40,555 nt of DNA from Octopus bimaculoides (GCF_001194135.2 NC_068996.1:54774969-54815523), one strand, 5' to 3'; numbered from the stretch's first letter, positions 20,459-33,879 are shown. Notes: generated by a model from the sequence alone, not told the origin. Numbers and translations: made by a program.

Positions 20459-23400
20459 GTGAGTAACCATGTGGCACATCTACAACATGAATTTGCTCTA
20501 CCCCATTCATTATCTTGTAGCTTCAAGATTTTAAAGATGTGATTGTTTATTTTTTGAATGACATTGTAGGGTAGGTGTGAGAGGCCAGGTATGGGCTGTT
20601 GGGCAGGTAATGGATGGTTTAAATGCTAGAATAAAGTGGTAACTCATAAATGCTGCACTGGTACAACTCTCATAGGACCTGAAGAACTAGAAGTAGAACA
20701 ATAAGTTGGAAGTTTATTAATGTTTTATTTTTGTATACAAAGCAAGACATCTGGACAAATTAAGGATGTTCACAATATTAGGAATACATTGTTCTTAGAG
20801 AACATGAAAATAACTGAAGATTTATGGAAGAGTTATTATTGTACTTTTTGTGTTGTGAATTGGCTTGGTCAGTTCTGCCCTTCATTTTCCTAAAATCAGT
20901 AAATTATCAGTGAATTAATGGGAGTTGATTTTGGCATTTGGAAGGGCATCGAGCCACAGAAACCATACCAAAACAGACAATAGATCTTGGCACAGCCCTC
21001 TGGCTTGTTAGCTTTTGTCAAACTCTCCAAATCATGCCTGTATAGAGAATGGACGTTAAATGATGATGGCCACAATGACAACAATGGCACTTACTACTCA
21101 AAATCAATGTGTTAGAATTGGAAATCATTTGTACATGTTATTTAACGCTGGGCCAGACGATAATGTGTCCTTTTTCTAGATAGTAAGACATGAGTTGAGA
21201 GAGATTTAACTGCTATTTCTAGCAGATCAAGCAACTGCTTATTGGCTCACTATAACAAGTTGTTGAAAAGTAAATATGAGTACAATAAGAGAAGTAGGTT
21301 GATTTTTCTCAGATTTTTAATACAGACAGGTGGAGTTAGTTTGTTGTAGCCGAGTGTCAGTACCCCATAGATTGTCCACAAAAAAGAAGTTGCAAACTTC
21401 TTTTTTGTGGATATTATACTATTTTGGTCAATGTATGCCATAAATGGCAGCAGACTAGGAATATTCTGAATTAACTGTGTTCTCTTCACTGAGAATCTAG
21501 TCGAGTTGACAGCTCATGTTGGTTGACCGCATGCCACATGGTCACAGCACATGAGGCAGTAACTTGTGGAGATGGCAACTGACTGGGACTCTGTTTGATG
21601 GGTCACCCTAGGGGGACCCAGGAAAATGGCAACAAATGGTGAATGCAGCAACATGCTTCAACAGCGCATTCTTTCACACATGATGTAACCTGTTTACTTA
21701 GATATGGTACCATTTCTGAAAAAGAAGTTATAGCAGAACATTTCAGATCCAGTACTTTGTAATAATTGTATTAATCTTACAAGATAATGTCCATTGATCA
21801 GAAGCCTTACTGGTAGGGCAGTCTGCAGGCACTGGACATCAGCAAGTGCATGAAGAAAAATTTCTTTCTTCTAATATATTTTTGACTTGTTTTGCTAAGA
21901 CGAATACTCAATAAATAATCAGTTCACAAGAATAATAACAAAGTTATGGAAACTTGATATGTGCACATAATTTAAGTTTATTGTAGTCATTGTGAATTGC
22001 TTCCAATGTGACAATAGCAGAGACAACTATTTCTTTAAATTTCATTGAGAGCAATGCTGTGCTAAATAAATGCCTATCATATCATTTGAAATATGTTTGT
22101 TACTGGGAGTTTGTACTCTAGCATGAAGCACACAGATTGGTTGATCTACTCTATAGACATCTTTTTGTATTTAGAACTCTCTTCTACAATTCTTTGGCTT
22201 CTTTTTCTTCTCTTTTTTCTCTTTTTTCTTCATTGACATCATTGTTGTTGTCTTCATCTTCTTCATCTTCGTCTTCTTTAAATCTCCACATGGATAGAAT
22301 CTATTTTGAAATGATGGTCAGAGAAACCAATAGCACTCAAAAATAGATTGATATAAAGATATCATTGATGTCATTGATATAAAGATATCATTGAGCCTGT
22401 GGGCATAATAATTACTTTAGTGATTTACTACTACCTGCCATTTTGCTGTTGTTTCTAATCAGAATATCCATTTACTATCAGCACTCAGTCAGTGCACTAC
22501 TTTTGCTGCCCATAGGTATGTATCACATTACTGAAATACCTCCATTTTGAATTATATAAAGAATTGTCAGACTTCTTTACTCCAATTGCAATAAATGTGT
22601 TCTGGAATTAAATACGAGTGTCTTTATTTTGATTAGGAATCAATGAAGAAAAGTTTATGGGTGTTGTGTCTGGTCACCAAGTGGAGGAATGCTATTTACT
22701 TAGATATATTCCTGATTAACCAATTAACAACTGAAGGGTTCGGTTAGAGTCTGAGTTCCGCATGAACTGAAATTAAATTAAATCATTGAAAAGAATTATA
22801 ATAAAGCACGGTAAAGGACCATTTCCTAATCTCTTTAAAGCAGGATAAAGGACCTTTCTTTCACCTCTTTGACTTATTTCTCCTTTGCAGCCTTATGACT
22901 GAATATGCAGGCTTCTAAGATATCCTTCAAAAAAACATTTCTTGTGGATAAACACTTCCAGGTCCTTTAAGTCTACCAAAATTTCTATACACTTTTCAGC
23001 AAGAAATGCTGTTCAAAATGTTGCATAAATGTGTTCACTTAAGAACATATTATATAATTTTTTAATACAAAATCTTTGGTAAAGTGTAATGCAATCAAAA
23101 TATGAAATAAACCATAAAAAGTGTCAAAATGAATGCATACAACAAACAAGACATCTTAAATCTTAATAACATCTTACCTTAATATTTACTTTTTGTATAT
23201 ATATCTGATGATTAGACATCTTATGAAATAATATGAAAAATTCTGAAGATATTTAACATTATCTGGGAAAGTTGAAATTATATACTTTATTACTACAGCA
23301 GAAATTATGGAATTTCAGTTTATTTGGTAACACTGATAAATCAAATTATTTGGCCAATCATATATTTTCACTTTTAAAACACTGCTAGAAAAAGTAGATT

Positions 23401-25212
23401 TTAAAAACTTTGTCTCTAATTTCTGTGTAGATCCTAAAATGTTAGTAATATTTACAGCATTGTGTTAATTGCTTCATTTGTTTGCATACTGTTTCTACGT
23501 CATTTTCACTGCTACTGGCATTTAAAATGTTAATGACTGCATCATATATCAAAAATTTCTCTCTCATTTCCTGAGAAAAACAAAAACCTTCCAATTCCTT
23601 TTGAGAACCAAATTATTGCAGGTCATGCAGCATGTGACAACATTTTTTAAAAAAGTAAATGTGGGCAGGGTATTCAAACTGGCTATTATGACTAAAATTT
23701 TCTTCAACTTAATATAAAAGGGCTTTGAATTTGGCATCAAAAAAATATTACTTGAAATGCAGTCAAATATTCTGAAAACAGAAATAAAACCATTCTTAAA
23801 TGAGTGGTGACGGAGTATATACATGTATATGTGTATAAATGTTTGTATGCATACAAGTGAATCTGTATACTGAACACATACATGCTTGAGCATATATAAT
23901 AAACATTGAGCATGCAACTAAGTGCACAATAGGTGTGTATATTTAAAGTGTGTATACATGTATAATGTAACGAAATTATGATCTTGATGTAGAGTAATGT
24001 TTTCTGTTCATGACCATATATAGAATGCCTTGTTCTGTTGCAGCAATGTATATCAAACGGACTATGAAACAATAAGAGTTACTGGCTGTAAGTTGTTTGC
24101 ACTGATGACCTTGTGTTATTGCCCTACTGCATAGCGATGTGAGCTGCCTGTGTTACTGATGAGCTGTGTTGGCTGTGTCGACTGCTGTTATAGCCATTGT
24201 GCCTGCTGTAAACAGTTAGGTAAGCCTGTTGATATAGCAGCATACTAATCACTGATTTGTTGGGAATTAAATTAAATTCAGTTGCCAAGCAAATCTCCAG
24301 ATGTGAGGGAGTTCACATTTTTGGCACCCAAAAAATATGGCTCATCCTTTGGCAGGAAAGATTCACTAAGCTACAACTTCTATCGTCTTTCATACCACTT
24401 TGCATTTCCTTTGCAAGTCTGCACTTATTTATTTATTGAATCAATTGTGTTTATAGAAAATATGCAATGTTAATATATTTTCTGCTCACCATTAGAATGT
24501 TTGCTACTGACAAGATGAAATCCAAGTAGCACAAACATTGTTGTTGACAAAAAGGCTTCTGTTTCTGTGTTATGAACATTAGCAGTCAGGCTACTCTGTC
24601 AAATGCAAGGCTTATTTATTCACATTGTTTTGAGTTTAACCGTACATTATCTCAGGGCCTTGAGATTTTCATGATCTCTTTGTTTAGAAAGAAAATGTGT
24701 ATATATATTTGCAACTTAAATATCTTTATGTTATCATCATTACTATCGTTGTTTTAGCATCCACTTTGCTATGCTTCCATGGGTCAGATGGAATTCATTG
24801 AGGCACAGTTTCAACGACTGGATGCCCTTCCTATTGCCAACCCTAACCTGTTTCCAACCAGACATGTTTTCAAGGAAGTCAGGAAACAAGGGACTCTGCT
24901 TCTTTGATAATGATGCTCATTTGTAATTATCCTATAACGTCAAGACAAAGAAACATTTCTTGAACTTCTAATTAGGTGTTGCATTACATGTAGTAGAAGA
25001 ATGCTTTCTCCAAGAATATTTGCTGTCAGTAATTTATAGATGCTCTATAACTTTTAGTTTCTATAGTTCTTGATCTACATGGCCTTCACTATAAAGCCTT
25101 CAGCATTTAAACTGGTCATATTTGCTCAAATATTCTGTTTTTTTTTTTTTGTTGAAATCAAGCAGTTCAACATCTTTCACCTACCCTACAAAATCATTGT
25201 AAAGCTAAAACA

Positions 25213-25256
<44 letters not shown>

Positions 25257-26320
25257 AAGTCCTGGGGTCGATTTGCTCAACTAAAGGCAGTGCTCCAGCA
25301 TTGCTGCAGTCAAATGACTGAAATAAGTAAAAGAGTATATATATAAATGTGTGTGTGTATGACAGACTTCTTTTAATTTCTGTTTACTAAATCAACTTGC
25401 CCTCAGTGCCACACCTCAGTGCCACACAGTATGATTGAGCATGACACCAATTCATACAGTTATGCCTAACATAATATATACATTGATTTCAAATTATGGC
25501 ACAATGCCAGCAATTTTGGGGGAGTGGGTAAATCAATTATATTGGCCCTTGTGCTCAACTGGTACTTATTTTATCGACCCTGAACAAAATCAATATCGGC
25601 AGAGTTCAGACACAGAACGTAAAGACATTTTATCCAGCATGCTAACAATTTTGACAGCTTGCTGCCTTTAACCCAATATATATTAAAACAAGGTTATGTT
25701 TAAGTTTGGTAATTTCTTTTTTAAGGATTTTTCTATTTTCCTTACAAGTCTTTTATAACTGAAGAAATCATCAAAACCAATTACCGCAGTTCGTTTTGAA
25801 TATGAGATTGAGAAAGTCTTGAAAACATCAGACTAATATGCTTAGGAATATTATGGTTTTAAAACAAACAGAAGAATCAATACATAAGAATAAAACATTC
25901 TTAAAATAAAATAAAAGAAACAAAACTTTAAAGTAATTATGTTTTGAAGCAGGACTTTTCAAAGAAAAGCTGTTCCTTATTTATGCAAATATCTTTGCAT
26001 TTATCTATTTATATATGTGTGTGTGTGTGTGTGTGTGTGATGGACTCTCCCATCAAAAACAACATATAAGCTTTCAAATTTTACTGAAAGACCTGCACAA
26101 ATGATTTGTTTATAGCATGGCTTAATTATTAAGGTGTTGCACTTGCGTACGCACTTGATTCAGCCACATAGCCCACCCGTTAATTTCTACCAATTTTAAT
26201 GTATATATATTTATGAATCTGTAACCAAACCCAAAGGCTGTAAATCACAGAGAAGAGTGACACACACATAGATCCTTTTTAATAATGACTATAATTATAT
26301 ATATTATTTATATAATAATA

Positions 26321-26411
26321 CTAGCAGAAATACCCGGCGTTGCCCGGGTTAAAGAGAATAATGAAATCTAAAAACGCCGTCTAGACTACGCATCATCTTT
26401 ATATATAGAGA
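26321..26411 (-). mobile_element. 91-bp mini-Helitron
   Basis: On the minus strand: A^TC 5' end, subterminal hairpin CCCGG-GCAACG-CCGGG, and CTAG^T 3' end, i.e. inserted between A and T without TSD. Confidence 0.75.
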
Positions 26412-27231
26412 TGTATATACACACACTCACCCAAACACACGTATATATATGTATATCAATATAAATATATGAAAGTCAATGAAGTTTCGTAAAAGAAGGT
26501 GATCATGTACATACTTTCTTGCTGTTGTGATTATAACACCTCATTGTAAACTATGTTCCTTGTTTTCCCTTGTGGAGCATATACAAATAGGTTTTTTGTT
26601 GCTGCCCACTCTTGAGCAGCNNNNNNNNNNNNNNNNNNNNNNNNNNNNNNNNNNNNNNNNNNNNNNNNNNNNNNNNNNNNNNNNNNNNNNNNNNNNNNNN
26701 NNNNNNNNNNNNNNNNNNNNNNNNNNNNNNNNNNNNNNNNNNNNNNNNNNNNNNNNNNNNNNNNNNNNNNNNNNNNNNNNNNNNNNNNNNNNNNNNNNNN
26801 NNNNNNNNNNNNNNNNNNNNNNNNNNNNNNNNNNNNNNNNNNNNNNNNNNNNNNNNNNNNNNNNNNNNNNNNNNNNNNNNNNNNNNNNNNNNNNNNNNNN
26901 NNNNNNNNNNNNNNNNNNNNNNNNNNNNNNNNNNNNNNNNNNNNNNNNNNNNNNNNNNNNNNNNNNNNNNNNNNNNNNNNNNNNNNNNNNNNNNNNNNNN
27001 NNNNNNNNNNNNNNNNNNNNNNNNNNNNNNNNNNNNNNNNNNNNNNNNNNNNNNNNNNNNNNNNNNNNNNNNNNNNNNNNNNNNNNNNNNNNNNNNNNNN
27101 NNNNNNNNNNNNNNNNNNNNNNNNNNNNNNNNNNNNNNNNNNNNNNNNNNNNNNNNNNNNNNNNNNNNNNNNNNNNNNNNNNNNNNNNNNNNNNNNNNNN
27201 NNNNNNNNNNNNNNNNNNNNNNNNNNNNNNN

Positions 27232-27649
27232 CTCTCTGAAAGTATCTGTCATTACAGTATCGAAATGGTGTACATATACATGTATATGTATACATATACA
27301 TCTCTCTCTCTCTCTTTCTCTCTTTCTCTCTCTGTGAAAGTATCTGTCACTACAGTATCGAAATGTGATTGTTTCAGTTAGTGGAATAGTTTCATTTTTA
27401 AAGTGAAAGTATTTGACATGAGTGTTTTTGTTTCACTTTTGACACGCAATACTTAAATAGTGGAGGAGATATTATGTTGCCGTGTGCTCGAACTCTGCAA
27501 GAATTTAATAATTTTTTTTGACTAAAACACAACTGGAACCCTAAGTAAGGCATGTGTAAAATTTGAATGAAATCGGTTGCGTAGTTCTCGAGTTTTAGGG
27601 ATTCACACAGACAGACAGACACACATTCTCATTTTTATATATATATAGA
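27232..27649 (-). mobile_element. Helitron-type non-autonomous element, 5' part (rest lost in gap)
   Basis: Minus strand starts A^TCTATATATAT, carries a (CAGA)n tract and two ~35-bp internal direct repeats (gaaagtatctgtca.tacagtatcgaaatg). Confidence 0.5.
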
Positions 27650-27657
27650 TATACTAT

Positions 27658-27874
27658 ATTTAAAGTGACTAAACCTAAACAATTGTTTACAAATTTATAA
27701 ATATATATACTAGACTAAAATTATCTTTACATTAAAATTGGCTGAAATTGCTGGGTAGGCTATTTGGCCGAATTGAGTGCATATGGAACCATGGAACAAT
27801 TGATGTCCTGTTCAATTTCCAGTAGTTCGGCCCATCTTCTTTTAGTCAATTGTTTAGATTCAGTCACTTTAAAT
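27658..27874. mobile_element. MITE with 28-bp TIRs
   Basis: atttaaagtgactaaacctaaacaattg / caattgtttagattcagtcactttaaat (2 mismatches). Confidence 0.7.
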
Positions 27875-27942
27875 GGAACATATATTATTATATAAATAAT
27901 ATATAATTATAAAAATTAGAAATGATTTAATTATAAATCTCA

Positions 27943-28100
27943 CAGAGAGACTTAAGCTGCAGTGTTATGATAAAGTTGTTGTATACTGTCAACTTAATGT
28001 GACAGTCCCAATAAGGGAATCATACTGCTGCTATTTAGCCCTAGGAAGTTGGACCGCTTCCTGTTGGCCACGACACATTTCCTGTGTCCTTATATTTGCG
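27943..28100 (+). repeat. Unclassified interspersed repeat; inverted copy at 32640-32805
   Basis: gtcaacttaatgtgacagtccc...gctatttagccc...gacacatttcctgtgtccttat is the reverse complement of the 32640-32805 segment. Confidence 0.7.
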
Positions 28101-28175
28101 AGTTGTTATTAAAATGGACCTATGTGTGTCGTGCTTCTCTATAATTTACAGCCTTCGGGTTTGTTTACAAATTTT

Positions 28176-29472
28176 AGAGTCAACCTAGCTAAAACCAAAA
28201 TCCTAATAAGTAGGAAGGTAGATAAAACACAAACCCCTTCAGGTAGATGGCCCTGCTCAGTATGTAGAAAAGGAGTAGGTAGTAACTCTATAAGATGTAC
28301 CTGGTGCAAGCTATGGACACATAAGAGGTGCAGCAACATCAAAGGCAGGTTAACTAGCAAGTTAGTTTTTGTTTGTGGCAGATGTTCAGGTGCAATAAAG
28401 ACTGTAAACAAACAGGAAACAACTTCTATCTCATTCCAGGGTGAAAGACTAGAGGTAGTCGATAGCTTCCGCTATCTGGGCGACCAAATTAGTAGTGGGG
28501 GTGGGTGCGCTGAAAGTGTAGCTNNNNNNNNNNNNNNNNNNNNNNNNNNNNNNNNNNNNNNNNNNNNNNNNNNNNNNNNNNNNNNNNNNNNNNNNNNNNN
28601 NNNNNNNNNNNNNNNNNNNNNNNNNNNNNNNNNNNNNNNNNNNNNNNNNNNNNNNNNNNNNNNNNNNNNNNNNNNNNNNNNNNNNNNNNNNNNNNNNNNN
28701 NNNNNNNNNNNNNNNNNNNNNNNNNNNNNNNNNNNNNNNNNNNNNNNNNNNNNNNNNNNNNNNNNNNNNNNNNNNNNNNNNNNNNNNNNNNNNNNNNNNN
28801 NNNNNNNNNNNNNNNNNNNNNNNNNNNNNNNNNNNNNNNNNNNNNNNNNNNNNNNNNNNNNNNNNNNNNNNNNNNNNNNNNNNNNNNNNNNNNNNNNNNN
28901 NNNNNNNNNNNNNNNNNNNNNNNNNNNNNNNNNNNNNNNNNNNNNNNNNNNNNNNNNNNNNNNNNNNNNNNNNNNNNNNNNNNNNNNNNNNNNNNNNNNN
29001 NNNNNNNNNNNNNNNNNNNNNNNNNNNNNNNNNNNNNNNNNNNNNNNNNNNNNNNNNNNNNNNNNNNNNNNNNNNNNNNNNNNNNNNNNNNNNNNNNNNN
29101 NNNNNNNNNNNNNNNNNNNNNNNNNNNNNNNNNNNNNNNNNNNNNNNNNNNNNNNNNNNCGTCGTAGGATTTTCGAGTGAGATCGTTGCCAGTGCCCCTG
29201 GACTGGCTCTTGTGCGGGTGGCACATAAAAGACACCATTTCGAGCGTGGCCATTGCCAGTAGCGCCTGACTGGCCTTCGTGCGGGTGACACGTAAAAGCA
29301 CCTACTACACTCTCTGAGTGGTTGGCGTTAGGAAGGGCATCCAGCTGTAGAAACTCTGCCAAATTTAGATTGGAGCCTGGTGTTGCCATCCGAATTCACC
29401 AGTCCTCAGTCAAATCGTCCAACCCATGCTAGCATGGAAAGCAGACGTTAAACGATGATGATGATGATGATG
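28176..29472 (+). mobile_element. 5'-truncated RTE-type LINE (ORF fragment with PHD-type finger, gap, subrepeat 3' UTR, (GAT)n tail)
   Basis: RVNLAKTKILISRK...WPCSVC...LEVVDSFRYLGDQISSGGGC reads in frame up to the gap. Tail-family sequence resumes at 29160. Contiguity across the gap is inferred. Confidence 0.75.
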
Positions 29473-30687
29473 ATATATATATATATATAACATCAGTTTA
29501 ATGTCTGCTTTTCTATACTTGCATAAGTCAGACAGGGTTCATTAAGGTAGATTTTTAACAGCCAGGTACCTTTCCATTTGTTGTCAGCCCTTACTTGTTC
29601 TGAAGCAAGGTAATATTTTGTCATGACCAGACATATTTCCATAGAAGCTTGAAAGCAAGTAGCACGACTTGTGTGACAGTGACATTTGTTTACAACCAGT
29701 TTGTAAAGACAAGATAGGGAGGCACAAAGACACATACACACATGTTCATATGATGGGTTTCTTTCATTTTCTGTCTACCAAATACACTCACAAGGCCTTG
29801 TTTGATCTGGTACTAAAATGAATAACATTTGTCCAAGGGCCATATGAGACAATCTGAAAGCTCATGGTTGAGAAGCGAACCTCCTTGCGCCTAATTTACA
29901 GCTCTGCAGGCATGCATATATATATATATATATATATATATANNNNNNNNNNNNNNNNNNNNNNNNNNNNNNNNNNNNNNNNNNNNNNNNNNNNNNNNNN
30001 NNNNNNNNNNNNNNNNNNNNNNNNNNNNNNNNNNNNNNNNNNNNNNNNNNNNNNNNNNNNNNNNNNNNNNNNNNNNNNNNNNNNNNNNNNNNNNNNNNNN
30101 NNNNNNNNNNNNNNNNNNNNNNNNNNNNNNNNNNNNNNNNNNNNNNNNNNNNNNNNNNNNNNNNNNNNNNNNNNNNNNNNNNNNNNNNNNNNNNNNNNNN
30201 NNNNNNNNNNNNNNNNNNNNNNNNNNNNNNNNNNNNNNNNNNNNNNNNNNNNNNNNNNNNNNNNNNNNNNNNNNNNNNNNNNNNNNNNNNNNNNNNNNNN
30301 NNNNNNNNNNNNNNNNNNNNNNNNNNNNNNNNNNNNNNNNNNTTATAGGTGGAAACAGCACGAAAGTATGTTTGAAGGTTATTTTAAATTTTTTACATTA
30401 AGTGACTTATAAAATATTACTGCTTTCGAAGTTAATGTCCATCTTATCAAATATTAAGAATTAAAAGTCAAAAATTAAAGAAGGAGAAAAAATTGGAAAT
30501 TAAAACATTGTGTTCTCATATTTTGAACATAGTTAAATATATACATATACATATACTTAAATGGTTGTTGGCTATGGCCAGACAAGAGTGACCATTGGTT
30601 CTTAGCAGTATAGGTGACTCATCAACTAGAGTAATTTTTTGTTCATCTTGTCAACAAGCAAACAGTATACTATACGTATGTACATAC

Positions 30688-31140
30688 ATCGTCATCATTT
30701 AGCATCTGCTTTCCATGCTGACATGGGTTAAATAGCTTGATTGGAACTGGTAAGCCTGCAAGCTGTACCAAGTTGCAGTCTGAATTGGCATGGTCTTTAT
30801 GGCTGAATGCCCTTTCTAATGCCAACTACTCCAAGATTGTAGTGGATGCCTTTTACATGTCACCAGCCACAACTACAATTTCTCTTGGCTTGACAGGTCT
30901 TCTGAAGCACAGCATATTGCCAAAGGTCTTGGTCATTTGTCATCACTTGTGTGAGGCCCAACATTCAAAGATTGTACTTCATCACTTTGTCCCACATCTT
31001 CTTCGTTCAACCCCTTCCACAAATTCCCTCCACAGTTAGAGATCAGCACTTCTTCACACAGCTGTCCTCATCCATATGCATCACATGACCATGCCAGCAC
31101 AGTCACCTCCCTTGCATGCACCTGATGCCCCTTATACCCT
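30688..31140 (-). mobile_element. RTE-type LINE 3' end (ORF C-terminus joined to tail)
   Basis: Minus translation LCWHGHVMHMDEDSCVKKC..VEGICGRG...MTNDQDLW is directly followed by the tail-family sequence ending in gatgacgatg. Confidence 0.8.
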
Positions 31141-31466
31141 ACTTTTCTCTCAAGATGCAGGAACAATAACAATTAATTGGCGCCAAAGGTTACACACTTT
31201 TTCCCATATCAAAGCTGGAATTTTCTGTATAGCTCATGGTCAGCAATTACGGTTGCTATGGATGCAAATAAACTCATAACTGCTTAGAAATTCCAACCGA
31301 CAATGTAACCTTCATGTAATTAAGGTATTCTCAGCCTGATGATTAAATAAGTTTAGTGCCCCGTGTTGAGTAATTATTACATCAGAGGACCAGCTAGCTA
31401 AGAAAGATAAGTAGACTGGATTTTACCAATTCCACTCACTCAATTTGGATTTATATATGTATATAT

Positions 31467-31630
31467 AGCACCCACTACACTCTCAGAGTGGTTGGCATTA
31501 GGAAGGGCATCCAGCTGTAGAAACTCTGCCAAATCAGATTGGAGCCTGGTGCAGCCTTCTGGTTCACCAGTCCTCATCAAATACTCCAACCCATGCTAGC
31601 ATGGAAAGCGGACGTTAAACGATAATGATA
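31467..31630 (+). mobile_element. RTE-type tail repeat (short, young-looking)
   Basis: agcacccactacactctcagagtggttggcattaggaagggcatccagctgtag...gcggacgttaaacgataatgat. Confidence 0.85.
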
Positions 31631-32299
31631 TATTTGAAATAAGAAAAAGAATGACTTCACTGGTAGATCTAGTAAGTCCTTTGTTAACTTGGGTGTGGAG
31701 ATTTTTTTTTTAATTCTCTGTTAACTTTTTTGGAGAACTTTCTCACTTTCATTGTCAAACAGATCTGAGGATTTGGAGCTTTGTGATTCTATATATGGGA
31801 TTTGGGTGTGTTTGCGGTGGGGCTGGAGGTTTGTTAATCAGTGTGAAAGTAAAAGTTATGAATGGTCAACACAAGATACTTGATTCGGGGTGGAATTGGG
31901 AGGTGGTGGGGTGTTAAAGGAGTGTTTTATGAAGCCATTCGAATAGTTGAACTTTGGTCAGAAATCTAATGACCAGATATTTTTTCCAAATTCTTTGTTT
32001 TAGTAATTTGCTGTTTTAGGTGTGTCTGGAGACAGGTGGTGTTAATGAGGTGTAAGATACATGTTTGATGAAAAATGTTTGTTGATAGAAGTGTTTTTTT
32101 ATATATATATTTTGGTTGGGGGGAGATCATGCTAGCTCAGAAAGGATATATACATCTCTCTCTCTCTCTCTCTCTGTGGTGCTCCAGCATGACCATGGTC
32201 GCATGGCTGAAATGAGTAAAAGAGTATATGCATACATACACTTATACATACACAAAGAAAACACACATATATATAAATAAATAACTACACATATATCTG

Positions 32300-32575
32300 T
32301 GTCTTCTACTATAGCTTCGAGTGGATTTGGTAGATGGAAACTGAAAGAAACCCATCGTATATATGTGTGTGTTTGTGTGCATATACGTTTGTGTGTCTGT
32401 GTTTGTCTCCCCAACATTGCATGACAACCAATGCTGGTGTGTTCCACCCCCGTAACTTAGCGGTTCAGCAAAAGAGACCGATAGAATAAATACTAGGCTT
32501 ACAAGGAATAAGTCCTGGCGTCGATTTGCTCGACTAAAGGCAGTGCTCCAGCATGGCCACAGTCAAGTAAAAGAG
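32300..32575 (+). mobile_element. CORE-type SINE body and tail
   Basis: gtgtcttctactatagc...gtggatttggtagatggaaactgaaagaa...gagaccgatagaataa...gtaaaagag. Confidence 0.8.
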
Positions 32576-32838
32576 TATATATACACACCCACATATACAC
32601 ACATGCACAGATATATTCAGCTAAGTGGAGGCGCTTGTCTCCGTCTTGTAAACATAAGGACACAGGAAATGTGTCAAGGCTGACAAGAAGCAGTGCTGCT
32701 TCCTTGGGCTAAATAGCAGTAGTATTATTCTCTTCAAGGGACTGTCACATTAAGTTGACAGCATACAACTACTTTATCGCATCACTACTGCATAAATCTC
32801 TCTGAGAGATTTAGAAATGTATTATTTCTATATATATA

Positions 32839-32872
<34 letters not shown>

Positions 32873-33879
32873 NNNNNNNNNNNNNNNNNNNNNNNNNNNN
32901 NNNNNNNNNNNNNNNNNNNNNNNNNNNNNNNNNNNNNNNNNNNNNNNNNNNNNNNNNNNNNNNNNNNNNNNNNNNNNNNNNNNNNNNNNNNNNNNNNNNN
33001 NNNNNNNNNNNNNNNNNNNNNNNNNNNNNNNNNNNNNNNNNNNNNNNNNNNNNNNNNNNNNNNNNNNNNNNNNNNNNNNNNNNNNNNNNNNNNNNNNNNN
33101 NNNNNNNNNNNNNNNNNNNNNNNNNNNNNNNNNNNNNNNNNNNNNNNNNNNNNNNNNNNNNNNNNNNNNNNNNNNNNNNNNNNNNNNNNNNNNNNNNNNN
33201 NNNNNNNNNNNNNNNNNNNNNNNNNNNNNNNNNNNNNNNNNNNNNNNNNNNNNNNNNNNNNNNNNNNNNNNNNNNNNNNNNNNNNNNNNNNNNNNNNNNN
33301 NNNNNNNNNNNNNNNNNNNNNNNNNNNNNNNNNNNNNNNNNNNNNNNNNNNNNNNNNNNNNNNNNNNNNNNNNNNNNNNNNNNNNNNNNNNNNNNNNNNN
33401 NNNNNNNNNNNNNNNNNNNNNNNNNNNNNNNNNNNNNNNNNNNNNNNNNNNNNNNNNNNNNNNNNNNNNNNNNNNNNNNNNNNNNNNNNNNNNNNNNNNN
33501 NNNNNNNNNNNNNNNNNNNNNNNNNNNATGTGTGTGTGGGATTGTGATGTGTGTGGGGTTGTGAGTGTTAGGTACGGGTGCGTGTGTGTGTATGTGCATG
33601 TGTGTTTATGTGTGTGTCCGTGTGCGCGTGTGTGTATATATATATATATATTACGGAGATGTACTTGCATAGCAAGTGACCTGATCTGAGATCGTGTGCT
33701 GAAACGAAAACAATTGCAGTGTAGGAGTTTATAAGCTATTTAAGAAACACACAAAAACCCTTAGATTCAGGATTTCGAGGCATTCAGTTAGGCAAAGATC
33801 ACAACGCCTGTTAATTGAGTTCAACAATACACCAACACAGAGACCCCTTACAATTTATGTAGCTGTAAGGATAGGAATA

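Noticed and set aside
21250-21489. 79-aa ORF with FLWTIYGVL resembling SWEET or channel-pore motifs
   Set aside because: Match limited to a few residues; the ORF overlaps the hairpin and has no supporting exon structure.
31330-31370. CTCAGC-CTGATGA...GTTGAG with a possible 6-bp stem I
   Set aside because: GAAA half of the core and the cleavage triplet are missing.
17140-33689. Long ORFs of 150-410 aa spanning N runs
   Set aside because: Artefacts of translating gaps as X; only 28176-28523 has real (RTE) coding content.
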